Positions 13,188-27,139 are shown, numbered from the whole stretch's first letter. The stretch is 63,367 nucleotides of DNA, filler included, from Conidiobolus incongruus B7586 (GCA_000697335.1; 23 parts of 23 records of this genome joined end to end with filler, not necessarily neighbours in it); one strand, 5' to 3'. Numbers and translations are program-made. The notes: generated by a model not told the origin, from the sequence alone.

Positions 13188-14572
13188 ATAAAACCATAAA
13201 TAAATTCAACAGAATATTACCTTTATATTGGATAAACTTAATATATTATAATTATTTTAATAACATTTAAATTATATAATATAAGACTTTTTCATGAAAC
13301 TCATATTTGTTGGAATAACTATATCTTAAAATATTGGACAATATATTTTAATTAAATATTGCGAACTCATTTACCACAATTGAATTCAATATACTATCAT
13401 AAATGTTATACATTATATGATATAAATCCTAAAACAATTGATGAAATATTAAATTCACCAATACTTGCATCATAACTGATTGATTATTAGATTTTTCCTA
13501 GTTAAAAACCTAGCATATAAATGATAACAAAATTAATCAAATAAGTATATCCGGATAAAAATATTTTGTTAATTTTGTTGAAATAAAATCAATATAATGA
13601 AATATTTTCTACCACAATTTTGAATATTATATATAATACTTTTTATTTTATTTTCAAATGGTATAATTGGTAATTTTTTCTCAGATATATTATAAAAATA
13701 AAAAAAATATTATTTAAAATTTTTATATTGAATATAACTATATTTTATATTTAAATTAAAATATAATGAAATTATAAATATTAAATTTTTTAAAAAAAAT
13801 TAATTTTTATTAGTAATTTTATATTAGTTCATAAAAAAACAAAAAATAATAAAAATAATACTATTTTATATATAATTTGATAATTATTTNNNNNNNNNNN
13901 NNNNNNNNNNNNNNNNNNNNNNNNNNNNNNNNNTTAATTAATTAANNNNNNNNNNNNNNNNNNNNNNNNNNNNNNNNNNNNNNNNNNNNATATATATATA
14001 TATATATATTTAAATATTAAACATTAATAAAATTAAATAATTAATAATAAAAGATATATTAAATAAAAAATAAAAAATCAAAAACCATTAAATTAAAGAT
14101 ATATTTTTAAATTATATTTTTCATTAATTTGTATTTAAATATTTAAAGCATTATTAATTAAAATTTCCAAGTTATTTTATATTAACTTTCTTAATATTTT
14201 TTATAATTTAAAAATTATTCAACTTAGTATTAATTATTATTTGATATGGTTAAGAAAACAATAACCTATTTTAATTAATCTATAAGATCATTTATAGAAT
14301 AATATAATAATTTATATTAATAATAATATTAATGAAATTTTTTATAAAATAGGTGAATTATTATTATAAATGAATTAATAGTATAAAATTATCAAATGAA
14401 TTTTAATCATTGATAAAATGTATTAGAAATGCTTAATAAAAATATAAATTAAAATAATAAATCATGATATTGATACCAAAACACTTTTAATAAGTTTTAG
14501 ATTAATGTAAATTTAGATATTCATAGACAAATAATATACATTAACCAATAATTTTGTATAAAATTTAATCAT

Positions 14573-15115
14573 TGTCACATCCTGTTCCTTCATATAAACT
14601 AGAACAAAGAACCAGTCCTGAGAACTATCACAAAGATATACCATTATTCAGTCATACTCTCAATATCTTCTAAATACACTTTAAATACACTAGTGGCTTC
14701 TATCGTGGAAACCTGATTTTTTTCTAATCAAAGCTACACTTCTGTCCCTAATTAAACTCTCCTTTTACCTCCTGAATTTCTAAAAGTAACATATCTACTC
14801 CAAAACTTTATTAAACATATATTCCTTCCCCATTATAATTTATTGCATCCAATGTACTTCTTAAGTTAATAAAGCTCAATTTTGCCACAATATTCTTTTT
14901 TCATCGTTGTAAAACTTTACTTCATGTTACTCATTCGATCTAATTTGCCAGATTCACAATTAGTTGCGTATACAGAACTCAATCGTTTAGCCATTGCGAC
15001 CCAACTAGTCCTCATGGCCTCCAAGGTTGTAGAGCACATAATCACTTATATCTTTTCTAACGAGATTAAGTCCTGGAACTGGTGTTGATCTCAATCGTCA
15101 ATCTTCTTACTAATA
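14573..15115. mobile_element. Possible solo LTR or TE fragment (GC-richer non-coding island)
   Basis: The island begins sharply at TGTCAC, a typical LTR 5' end. It is C-rich and retains CpG/CpA. No clear terminal CA or TSD was found, so the right boundary is approximate. Confidence 0.35.
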
Positions 15116-17726
15116 TAATAACTAAAATTTCAATTCTAAATGTAATTTATTATCATTATCAATATTAGTCTTAATATATTAGTATTGGTACATTTTGATA
15201 ATATATTATCAATACAATCCTCTGATCTTTTATAGTGAATACCTAAATAGAATTATTTCATTTAAATCAATATATTCACTGTACTTAAAAATAGCTATAT
15301 ATAATTGAGATGTCTTTAACAGGTCATTAAAAATAATCAATTATCAATATTTAATAGAATTAATATTGTACAATAGATATATAATGAACTATTTATGATA
15401 TGCTTTTAATAATATTGATCATTAGAATTAACTTTAGTTATACACCTTAAATACTGATAATTCTTAAATATAGTACTTTTAAGTTTATCAATTTTTTATT
15501 TTCATATAATGAATACTTTAGTTATATGATATTGTAAAGTTTGACTGCTTTGATGCATTGATTAAGATATAAATTAATTTGAAGCTTATATTCCAAAAAA
15601 CCAATAATAATTTTTAATTAAAATTGAATTTAATATTAAAATTATCCGTATTTTACCATTAATACAAATAAATTCTATAAAAATTTTATGAATAAATATT
15701 CATAAAATTGAAATAATATAAAAAAGATCTGAAAAATTTCGGGATATGGATACGGTTTAATAATCGAACATCAATTAAATTAATTGATGTTTCTTTACCA
15801 GCAATATTTGATAATTAATTACACAGAGTTTAAAAGTGTGAAATTGGCTAGTTTTTTAATTTATTTTCCATATGATAATTAATTAGTAATTCATTTTAAT
15901 TTTACTATTACGGTGTATGTTTTAGTTACAGAGTGTTTTTCAATAAGTTTTAAATTTTAATTAGTTCAAAATGATTATTCCATACAATTTGAAATTATAT
16001 TGATCAAAGATATAATATAACAAAACTACCAATATAATATTTCAATTTGTTATAATTTGCATTGACATTAATTTTCATGTGTTTGTAAATATAATAAAAA
16101 TACTCCTAGGATGGATATTGGATGTGAAATGGTTGAGTTTAAAATATACACAAGTGATGTGATTATAATCAAATAATTTGAATAGTATTCGAAGTTGGAT
16201 TCAAATATTTATTTAGATAATTAATAGTTATCACATTAGGTATCAAATACTAAATATCAAACAGAATATTTTTGAAATTCTATTATATTATTTTGTATCT
16301 ATTTTAGATATTTAACATATATTGTTTCTTAATTCCAAAATGATTTTTGTATTCTGATATAAAAATCAAATATGATGTATTGAACGTTTTGAAAATAGCT
16401 ATTCTAGTAATAATTGATTTAAATATATGTATTAGATATTCTGATGTAAACAATGATGATTAAAAAACTCGATATTACTAATATTTTTAATATAATGGAA
16501 TTATAAATGGAAAAAGCAAAGTTGATAATTTAAATTTGGAAATTTGAGAATTTTGAAATATTTTATATTATTATAAGAAAATTTCGCTACAAACATGTAT
16601 ATCAAATCAATTAAACCAGTTAATTATAGCTTTAAAATGAATTATTAATTGTTAAAGCCTTGTAAAAAATAAGTAAGCAAAAATTTCGGTATCTCCGATA
16701 ATAAAAAATATTATATCAATATGCATTTTCCAAATATGGGACAATTATAATCCCTATTTCAGTACTAATAAGATCAATAATTTAATAAAATAGATTAAAA
16801 TTTTATATTAATAGACAGAAAATTATTTTTCTCCGTTGAATAAAGTAAAAATGAACTGATTTGGTGTATGATCTCATTATTTTCGTGATTATAGGTATTG
16901 ATTATTGTTGGATTGAAACAAATAACAAAAAATATTAAAAATCTTTTAAATATTAAGCAATATTAACTTATAATATAAGGTTAAACTTAATAATTCATAT
17001 TTTCAATATATATATATATTAAACTATAAAAAATTATAGGTGGGTATATATTGTAATTGATCAAATTCTTCAACTAGGATGCTTTAATTAAATATATCAT
17101 ATACCTATATCAAAATTCCAAAAAATGACTCATAATTTATTCATAATAATCATAAACTTTATTTTTGATAAATTGATCCTATGCTAAAATAGCTAACAAA
17201 ATATGATGTTTAGTGGATATTACATAATTTAATTAATTCACATAAAAATAAGGTAAGAGAAAGATGAATGTGAATATTCATGTGATATTCAGAGTGCTTT
17301 TCATATATGTATTTTTTAAATAATTTGAATATTTTAAATATTTTTCACATTATGAATATGCCAAAAATTAAATTGAATGAAATCATTCCCGACAAACTCA
17401 TCAAACCCAGGTTTAACGAAAATAATTTTAAATATTTAACATATTTTATTAATATATTCTCAAGCTGGATTTGACTCCTCTCAACTGATTCCAATCAAGC
17501 CACCAGCAACCAATAGGGTATAAAAGCAATTTCAATCACATCAGAATTAGAAAATCTTATATTAATTGAATAATCAATTGACAAATCAAACACATTATAT
17601 TTTCATTGAATCTTAACAAACAAACAAACAAACAAAAAATCAATTTCATCTCCTCTGTTACTTACACTGCATTACCATTCAAGTTCACTCTTTTCAATTA
17701 ATCAGTAACTATAATACAATAACACA

Positions 17727-19942
17727 ATGGTAGAAGCCGAATACCTGGTTTACGACTTCTTCAACATGTTCCTCAACGCAGTTGTTGATATTTTCTTCCG
17801 CCAAATTCAACCCAGAGGTAGCCATACTATTCCCCAAGAAGGTCCAGTATTTTTCGTAGGTGCTCCTCACGCCAACCAATTTGTTGACCCTTTAGTCTTA
17901 CAACGTCACACCGGAAGACGTATATTTTACCTCATTGCCAAAAAGAGTTATGACAGACCTCTTGTAGGCGCTTTTGCTAGAGTTACTCACTCAAGTAAGT
18001 ATTTTTACTATTTCAATTGATATTTTTAAATTTAGCTTAATCTCAATCAAGAAAATTATATCCAATTTGATTTAATTTATTAATTCAATTTTTCTCTATA
18101 GTTCCTGTTGCACGTCCTCAAGATAGCGCATACAAGGGTACTGGTAAAATTCAAATTGTAGAACGTTACAACAACCCCACTCTTCTAAGTGGTATCAACA
18201 CTCGCTTTACGAAAGATTTGGGTCCAGGTTTTGCCATCACGTTCCCTCGTTCCAAAATTACTGCTGAGGTTGAAGAAGTTCTCTCTGATACCGAAGTCAA
18301 AATTAAAAAAGAAATCAAGGATTTAGTGGCTTTGGAAGCTTTGACCCAACAGGGAGGTACTTCCTTCAAGGTTATCCCCAGAATTAATCAAAATGAAGTT
18401 TATCAATCAGTTTATGATACTTTGGCTCAAGGTAATTGTGTTGGTATCTTCCCCGAAGGTGGTAGTCATGATAGAACTGAACTTTTGCCATTGAAAGGTA
18501 TTCATTTTTAATTCTTAAAATTTGTGTATTCATAGTCTAATATTATATATTAGCTGGTATTGCTGTAATGGCTTTGGGTGCTATGGCTGCTTATCCTGGT
18601 TTAAATGTTAAAATTGTTCCTTGTGGTAAATTCAAGTTGTTTTGAAATATCTAAATTTTTTATTAAAATTTATTAATTAGGTTTGAACTATTTCCATCCT
18701 GACAAATTCAGATCTCGTGCTGTTGTCGAATACGGAAAGCCAATCACTATTTCTCAAGAATTGGTTGAACGTTTTAAGAAAGGTGGTACTGAAAAACGTG
18801 AAGCTTGTTCCGAATTACTGAGCACCGTTTCCGACGCTTTGAAAGCTGTCACTGTTAATACTCCCGATTATGAAACACTTATGGTTATTCAAGCTGCTAG
18901 ACGTTTATATCGCCCCAAAAATAAGAAATTTAAAATTACTAGAGTTTTGGAACTTAACCGCCGATTGGTAGCTGGTTATTTACACTACCAAAATGATCCT
19001 AGAATCCAAGAAATCAAAGCTAAAGTATTAGAATACAACAAACAATTGAGAACTTTCGGTATTCGCGATCATCAAGTTAAAAATACTACCCTCAGTCGAT
19101 TGAGAGCATCTCTCCGTCTTTTCCGCAGAGTCATTATCTTAATGTTTATGGCAGCTCTTGCCTTGCCTGGAAGTATTTTGGCTTCTCCTATCATAATTGC
19201 TGCATCGATTGTCAGCAAACAAAAACAAAAAGAAGCTTTGGCCTCTTCATCCGTCAAAATTGCTGCTAGAGATGTTATTTCTAGCTGGAAGATTTTAATT
19301 GCTTTAGGTTTAAGTCCTTTAGTCTATGGTATTTACAGTATTATTATTACTTATTTGGTGTCTTATATGGACATTCCTCGATTCATTGTTTGGTTGACAC
19401 CAATTATTTCTCTCATTGTATTACCCATGATTACTTACATTTCCTTGATCTTCGGTGAGAGAGGTTTCGACATCTATCGTTCATTACCTCCTCTATTTTT
19501 GTGTATGTTAGGTGATCCAGCCGTCAAGACATTACCACAAACCCGTGAAGAGCTGTCCAATGAGATCACCGCGATTATCAATGAATTAGGCCCTCAACTC
19601 TTCCCAGAATTGGACCACAGTCGAACTTTCGACGAAAACAACGAACATACACCACTCACTCCCGGCAGTGTCAATGCCCTGAATTGGATCATGAGTCCCT
19701 TCGAACTCATTGGCGAGCGCCTCTTCTCCGACTATTCCGACGCCGAAAACGGCTCCACCAGTGTTTCCCGAACTACCAGCTCTACCGACTTGCCCAAGCT
19801 CGCCCCCCTGAGCTCCCTGTCCAACGCCAAGCTCAACAAGCAGGAAGATATTCTTTCCGATAAAGTTAAGATAACACCTCCATCCCCCCAAAAATCATCC
19901 AGTGACCAACAGCAACCCGTCGAAGATAAAAAAGATATTTAA
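17727..19942 (+). CDS. SCT1: Glycerol-3-phosphate/dihydroxyacetone-phosphate sn-1 acyltransferase (Sct1/Gpt2 type), 4 exons: 17727-17994, 18102-18497, 18554-18625, 18681-19942; 665 aa
   Basis: Motifs APHANQFVDP, IPVARPQD, IFPEGGSHDR, LPLKAG and IVPCGLNYFHPDKFRSR are restored by three GT-AG introns (107, 56 and 55 nt). The spliced length is 1998 nt and in frame. SCT1 versus GPT2 orthology cannot be resolved. Confidence 0.93.
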
Positions 19943-20592
19943 TTACTCTATTAAGATTCTGTATCCTCCATCTATTAATCTATAATAAATATTTCATTAC
20001 TTTATTTATAATTTATATATGATTTAATACAATTAGAATCGATATAATTAATTAATAATTTGTTTAATTATAGAGATTTGATGTGTTTTTTTGAAAAATA
20101 AATTCAATTTTAAATCGTGGTACTATTCGATTAAAATCTCCATTATCATGTTTTAATGTTTATGTCATTCTTTCAAATTTTCAGTGGTACAAAATTTCCA
20201 CATCTTTCAATCATGTTTTTCAAAGTGGAAATTTGAAAACAATATTTTCAATATATCATTTATTATTAAATTTATATATCTTTTGAAAATAGATTTTGAT
20301 AATGCTCAAGAAATATGTTTACGTTTTGTGATTTGTAAAGAAAATATATTGTTAATGAAATTTAAAGGTATTATTTTCAAATCAATTTATTTTTATTAAG
20401 ATGAAATGTTATTAATATATTATCCATAATTAGCAAAGAAAAATTTATATTTAAACCTATTTAAATAAACAAAATTAGATTTTATATAAAAGAAAAAAAT
20501 TTCGATGTCCAAATATTTGGAATTGCTTTTAGAAATTATTGATTTTAAAGGATGATCGATGATATATTATAAATATGAATAATAATTGCCAT

Positions 20593-20674
20593 GACACTTT
20601 GGCGGAGTGGTTAACGCGGCGCCCTGCTAAGGCGTTTCCCTTTGGGAGCACAGGTTCGAATCCTGTAGGTGTCG
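20593..20674 (+). tRNA. tRNA-Ser, anticodon GCT, intronless
   Basis: Acceptor stem GACACTT/AGGTGTC plus discriminator G, A-box TGGCGGAGTGG, anticodon arm GCGCC-CTGCTAA-GGCGT, long variable arm, T-arm ACAGG-TTCGAAT-CCTGT, and a T6 Pol III terminator at ~20690. Confidence 0.96.
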
Positions 20675-20965
20675 TTCCAAAGAATGATATTTTTTATAAT
20701 AATTTATTGTATCATTTTTAGCATAAATATCCACCGAATTGGTATTTGTGTTATTAATAAAATTTTTACAACATATATTTATCTTCTTTTTTATATTATC
20801 ATCCAATTTAAGCTTTATCGTTTTTTTCAATAATTTGATATTAATAAAATGAACTATTTCTAAAATTAGAAGTGATTATTTATTAAGGCTGATTGAATTA
20901 AAATATAATGGAGTTTTAATATATACTTGTATTTCAGAATAATTCTAGGGAATAGATAAATACGA

Positions 20966-21184
20966 TTATATACTGATTTCATGGGTTTTCTCTGTCAAAT
21001 CATTTAATCCGATAGCACTCAAATTGACACAATCTCCAATAATAATGCACGAAGGAGGGTTAATATCATATTGTATTTGAGTTTTATCCAACTCTTCCAA
21101 CGTGGTTTTGATGCATCGTTCGTCCGGATGCGTACTTCTTTCGACGAACATGCAAGAAAGATTTTTGGGGTATCCCAAATCTAT
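20966..21184 (-). CDS. 3' fragment of probable uroporphyrinogen-III C-methyltransferase (Met1/CobA-like tetrapyrrole methylase); 5' part lost in the gap
   Basis: GYPKNLSCMFVERSTHPDERCIKTTLEEL...PPSCIIIGDCV resembles the family C-terminal pattern G.P...P..iiEr...pdqr....tl..l....PP..iviG.vv. GC content is coding-like and the frame is open up to the gap. Confidence 0.65.
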   Translation of the reverse strand: MDLGYPKNLSCMFVERSTHPDERCIKTTLEELDKTQIQYDINPPSCIIIGDCVNLSAIGLNDLTEKTHEISI

Positions 21185-22951
21185 NNNNNNNNNNNNNNNN
21201 NNNNNNNNNNNNNNNNNNNNNNNNNNNNTTAATTAATTAANNNNNNNNNNNNNNNNNNNNNNNNNNNNNNNNNNNNNNNNNNNNAATTTAAATAAATCCT
21301 TAATAATCTTACTTAGTTAATAAATAATAAATTTCAGTTTTATATAAAAAACTAATTTGTAAGAAATTAAAAATTTACTAATATTTTAATTAAATATGAT
21401 GAATAATTAAATATTAATATTGTATTATATATTTTTATTAATTATAAAATAAATAATATATATAATTATATATTCAACAAATATTTTTTATTTAAAATCT
21501 GGAGTAATAACCATTAATTTAAATAAAATAAATATAAAGTATATAAAACATTTATGATATGTGTAAATATTAAAAAAATAAAAAATATATTTGAATAGTT
21601 GATTTAATAAACTTTGTGTTTATAGTTCAATATATTAGAAATAACTTAGCTACTATATATTTGTATAATTCATTTTATAATAATTTTTGTATAAAAAGTT
21701 TCTATATTACCAAATATATGATCATTTGAATTCAATTCTACATATTCATAATTCAGTATTTTATTATTATATTGATTAATTTGATCAATACAACTTTTAG
21801 GTTGTGAAAGGGAATTTATAATTTTAAATAATTAATAAAGTTATAGAAAAAAATAATCAGTTTTCCTAAGTAATTAATATTAATATTTTCATTACTAACA
21901 AAATTATATTATGACTGTATCTTTACTCGTCCCTTAATTATTTTTCAAATGTAATTACTTAATGTGAAACATGAGGATTGGTTAATTAATTAACTTTTAT
22001 ATTTTCCTTAAACTACCATTTTATTAACTGATTTTGATTTAGTGAATATTTCACAGGTTTAGACATAAACAAATGTTGCTCTCTTGTATTACCTCAAATA
22101 TCATGTTAAGTTTTGGCAAAAGAATTCCATTTAAATAAATATAGAGATATTAAAGAGGAATTGAAGAAAATATCAATTTGTGAAGAAATCATTTTACTCT
22201 TTAAGTGACAATTGATTGCTGACAGATTGGTTATTTAATCGCATTATTAAATGCATTTATTTAAACAACAAATTTAATGCTATTAATAAATTAAGTAGTT
22301 TTATCATTAATTTGTGCATAAATTCATGTGAAATTTAATTTCCGCCTTCTATATATTTCTCTATGATTTTGAAATAATTTTGATTTAAAATTAAGTTATT
22401 GTATCTGTTCAAGTATTTTGGGGATATTGTCAAATTATATTTACTCTAATTCTGAAAGACTATTAGTTTAAATTAGAATAATATTTGATTAAAATTATCA
22501 TATTTATATATTTTAAAAAAACATGTTAGAATTTAGATTTTTAAATAGTATAAACACGATGATGTTGAAAACTAAAAATATATTTGAGTATTTATTGAAT
22601 GATGAATTAAATTGAATATCAATATCTTAATTTTATCTTGAAAAGATCAATTGGTGCGAATTAAGTAAAACCCGTCGTTCAAGGATTAAAAATAAATTGA
22701 ATGGTAATTAGGAATTATGAACCTTGCCTTTTAATCAATTAAAGAAATTAAGAGAAATTTCTTTGGAACATCCAAATATATACAATTTTGAACAGCTAAT
22801 ACAATAAATCATAATATACTGTTACATACTTTCTGAAATTTTGAAACTGCAATTATTAAATAAATTGAAGTAAAAATTTTATTTTTAAATAATAATGAAA
22901 ACTATACAAATGAGAATTTAATGCATTGAAAAAAAATAAAATCAACTAAAA

Positions 22952-23065
22952 GTATTGGACGCATTTGGCTTGGAAAATTAATTTATGAAAATTCGGTAAT
23001 TCGCATCATTCAATTTTCAACTCGTACGATTGATATCCAATCCTAATAGTATATAAATTGACAAT
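22952..23065 (+). promoter_or_regulatory. Conserved promoter blocks of Sec14 paralog 1 (also at 34258-34368)
   Basis: GTATTGGACGCAT, AATTCGGTAATTCGCATCATT, CTCGTACGAT and GTATATAAATTGACAAT (TATA) are identical in both paralog promoters, while the spacers have diverged. Confidence 0.65.
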
Positions 23066-23141
23066 CTTTGTCCGATAATTTAAATTATTGATCATTTAAT
23101 TAATAGTTAATTCCAGTTCGTTTTCTATTTAATTAACAACT

Positions 23142-24326
23142 ATGACTTTATCAACAGTTTGTAGAAAAAAGACTCTTGAAAAAATTACTCCCGAACAACA
23201 AGATGCTTTAAAAAAGTTATGGGTTAAATTTTTGGCTAATAAAGATAAACAAAAGTTCGTTCCACCTCCACCTGAAGCTGCACCTGCAAAGAGCGGTGGC
23301 TGGTTTGGAGGAGCCAAAAGTAAACTCGGATTAGGAGGCGGTGGAGCTCAAGATGCCGCTAAAGCGCTCGCTGCCGACCCTCTTGCTGGATACAGCTGGG
23401 ACGAATTTTTGGATCAATTAAGCTACCTTATTCATGTCGATCATCCTGATACTCTATTATTAAGATTTATAGTCGCTAGAAAGTTGGATGTAGACGCCGC
23501 TTACAAGATGATTGTAGATACTGTGAAATTTTTCGATGATGAGGGATTAAACATCGTAAAACTTAATGGAGAACCTGCCGTCCCTCAGTATCCATTGGAG
23601 CAAGGTCTCATGTATTATTACGGTCGTGACAAAGAAGGCAATGTAGTCGCTTACATCAATGCTAAGCATAACAACCCCAAAAAACATACAGTCGAAGAAT
23701 TTTCCAAATATATTTTGTACCAAATGACCATTGGTTATATTCTCCTCGGTGATAACAGAACTACTATTGTGTTCGATTTGGAAGGTTTTGGATTGAATAA
23801 TGTTGATTATCACGGTATTAAATATCTTTTCAGTGTCTTGGCCAATAACTTCCCAGAAAGTTTGGCCAGAGTTATTATGTGTAACGCCCCATGGATTTTC
23901 AACGGAGTCTGGAATGTTATTTGTGGCTTTTTGGACCCCGTTGTCAAAGAGAAAATTCAGTTTGCATCAACTAGCCAATTGAGCAAATATATTGATGAAG
24001 ATCAAATTCCTTCTGATAAACTTGGCAAGGCTAACTTCAAGTATACTTACACCCCTCCAACTAAGTTAGAAGCCCAGGTCATCGACGATCCAGCTGCCAA
24101 AGCCGAGTTAATTGCTGAGCGAAAAGAATTATTAAAAGAATTTCAACAAGCCACCGAAAACTGGCTTAAAGGAAATGGTACAAACGAATTACGTACCGAA
24201 ATAGCTGATAAGCTGGCCTATAACTATCGAAAATTAGCACCTTACATTTGGAGTCAAAGTATACTTCATCGTCAAGGTGTTATCACTGAATTTGATCAAG
24301 TTGACTTTTCCAAATACTTAAGTTAA
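23142..24326 (+). CDS. Sec14/CRAL-TRIO lipid transfer protein (Csr1-like), paralog 1, 394 aa
   Basis: CRAL-TRIO N motif DHPDTLLLRFIVARKLDVDAA, plus GRDKEG, IVFDLEGFGLNNVDY, NFPESL and NAPWIFNGVWNVICGFLDPVVKEKIQF. Confidence 0.93.
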   Translation: MTLSTVCRKKTLEKITPEQQDALKKLWVKFLANKDKQKFVPPPPEAAPAKSGGWFGGAKSKLGLGGGGAQDAAKALAADPLAGYSWDEFLDQLSYLIHVDHPDTLLLRFIVARKLDVDAAYKMIVDTVKFFDDEGLNIVKLNGEPAVPQYPLEQGLMYYYGRDKEGNVVAYINAKHNNPKKHTVEEFSKYILYQMTIGYILLGDNRTTIVFDLEGFGLNNVDYHGIKYLFSVLANNFPESLARVIMCNAPWIFNGVWNVICGFLDPVVKEKIQFASTSQLSKYIDEDQIPSDKLGKANFKYTYTPPTKLEAQVIDDPAAKAELIAERKELLKEFQQATENWLKGNGTNELRTEIADKLAYNYRKLAPYIWSQSILHRQGVITEFDQVDFSKYLS

Positions 24327-25489
24327 GCCATTTAACCATTATAATAAGAAATCATTTTTAATATTAATATATCAGTACTTTTACATTCTTTGAATAAAAA
24401 TATAAATCATAGTAACAATATATTTTATTTTTTCATTAATTTCGAACCTCTAAAAACAAAATGTTTCAATGTGTAAAGGATGCGGATACAATAATAATTC
24501 CGGAATCAATCTAAATTAATATCTTCAAATCAAGTAGATGGAATTTAAAATTGGTATCTGCAAACTATTCTTTCAGTTAGCTTTGAAAAAAACAGTATTT
24601 CTTATGATTATTAATTAAATTTAAAATATTGGATTAAATTAGGGGATAAATTTCTTTTTTTGCTCTTTAATTGATCAATTTCCAATATTTAGATAGTCTT
24701 GTGACCTTTTACCTATATTATTAAAATTCATTAAATTTAATTAAACCCACTTAAATTCAATTTTATATGCATTATTCAAAATCTTAAATTTATTAACGGA
24801 ATAAGACTAATTTCAAGCTTTTTTAATTGAAATCACCCCTATTTGAATATCAAAATATAAAAACTATAAAATATTAATATAGTAAAAATATTTAAAAAAA
24901 ATTTTAATTTCAAATTATTGGATTCAATTATAAAAAATTTACCAAGAGTATATCAACTTATGTGTTTTGATTTAAATATTACCTATTCTTTTGTTAATAC
25001 TTAATTATTATATATTATATTCAATTAATTATTCTATCCATAAGGATGATAATTTAATATAGCTAAGTCCCTGTAACTTTATAGAACTATATATGATATA
25101 GTTCTTAAAATGATCTGAGAGGTTATCATAATTAACTGAATATTTATAAAAATAATTTAATTATCAAAATATCCATTATTAATAATTGAACTTCTTTTAA
25201 TTACTTAAATATCATTTTATTTAATTTTTATTTTAATCAAATATAAATTATTAAAACAAACTATTTATTGAAATAGATTGATATAAATATTTAATGATTA
25301 TATTTATTTTTAATATTAAATTTAATAATATTTGAAATTATATTAATCTTTTTAATCTTTTTAATATCAAATTTAAAATTAAATATAAANNNNNNNNNNN
25401 NNNNNNNNNNNNNNNNNNNNNNNNNNNNNNNNNTTAATTAATTAANNNNNNNNNNNNNNNNNNNNNNNNNNNNNNNNNNNNNNNNNNNN

Positions 25490-26210
25490 ACTTAAATAAA
25501 TAATTCATTATATTTATAATTTAAATTCAAAATATTATAAATTGATTAAGTCAATATAATAAACTCTTTTAAATAATAGTTAATAAATAACTTTATATAT
25601 TTATAATTATAAAAATGATAATTTGGTAAATCAATTAAATATTATAACTATTTTTATTTATATTTTAATAAATTATAATATAAAAAGATCGATATTTAAT
25701 TATTTATATTAATTTAATAGCAAGACCCTTGTTTTTAATTATATCTTAATAAGTTCAGTTTAATTATAGCATTTCTAGTTATTTTTGAATATTAGTTAAA
25801 CTACGTAATATTTGTTATATGTTTTTTTAATCAATTTAAATTTATTTATAAAATTATATACCTAATATCAAAAGATTTCAATAACCTTATAGTTAAAATA
25901 AAATTTTTTTATATATTTCCTTATTTTATTATTTATCAAAAAAATAACAATAAAGTTTTTTTAATATAAATAAGTTATAGATAGTTTTTCAAATTTTAAG
26001 ATAGTTTAACTAATGATAAACAACTGGTTGAAATAAAAATTAATATTTAATATATTGCTGGTGAGCTTTAGATAATTCTAGAAACTTTATTATTAAGCTT
26101 TACCAATAATAAAAAAACATTTGATAATTATTATCTAATATAAATATTATTTAATTAAATATTAAATTTTTAAAATTTAATTTTTCATTAAAATACATAA
26201 TATTAGAATA
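25490..26210 (-). mobile_element. Mariner family B relic, 5' portion, diverged
   Basis: Collinear with ~40200-40925, e.g. CCTTGTTTTTAATTATATCTTAATAAGTTCAGTTTAATTATAGC versus CCATTGTTTTTAATTATACCTTAATAAGTTTAGTTTAGCTATAGC. Boundaries are approximate. Confidence 0.7.
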
Positions 26211-27139
26211 TATATTTAATAATTATTTATTTTCATATTTATTTTTTTATATATTTTTCTTCCTAAAACTAATAATATATCTGAAAAATAATAAAATAGA
26301 AAATTTCTGATTTCTTCAATTTTGAGATATTATCAAAAATAAACAAATCTTAACATAACTTAAATTATGTAATCAATAATGAGCTCTGCCAATATATATC
26401 TACTAAATTTTGAAAAAGGTTAAAAACACTCTTTGTTCATTATGATATAATATTTATGATGAATTTGATAGTATATGATTATAATTGTACTAGATTTATA
26501 GTTTTTTAAAGGCCAATCGAAAAGGAATTTAGATATATTTTGGTAAATATAGGTATTTGAAATAATGTTAAATTTTTACAATAATAATTAAATTTATATT
26601 GAAAAACATAGGTGATTAAGTGCGATAAATACCAATGTATATTAAAGCATGATAAAGGAATTTAAATTGCGACTATCCAAGGAATTCTGTTGTACATTAG
26701 ATTTACAAAAACACTATCCAAACCATCAAATTAGCTAACCAACTACGATATCTTAGTCATTATTATCAAACACGAAATTTGTCTGTTAGTGATTATTAAT
26801 TCAATTATTTTACGTTGATACTATCAATTCTACAAAAATTATCACAGTGATTAAAATTGTCAAGTATATTGTTATTCATAAGTGATATATAAACTCCCTT
26901 CTAAAAAAATTTTACATACTTTAAAATTATACTAAATTGAATTAATCACACAGACCTAAAAATTGCAATATTATGATTTTAATGCAACTTTTATGAATCA
27001 GTTTAAAATAATATATTTGATAACCTTTTTATATTTTTTCTTGAGAAATTTGACGTATTACAAAGTTTATAGATTCGAAAATAAAAATGCAAATGAATAG
27101 TTAATATATTTATTTAACATAAATTATATTCAACATTAA

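Noticed and set aside
14882..15088. 68-aa ORF in the GC-richer island
   Set aside because: It has a TTG start and no recognisable domain, and is more likely part of an LTR or TE fragment.
17615..17636. (AACA)5 microsatellite upstream of GPAT and several (TA)n tracts
   Set aside because: These are ordinary simple repeats. The (TA)n tracts are expected Tc1/mariner targets and contig break points.
20627..20830. 67-aa minus-strand ORF
   Set aside because: It overlaps the tRNA-Ser gene and has a TTG start and AT-rich composition.
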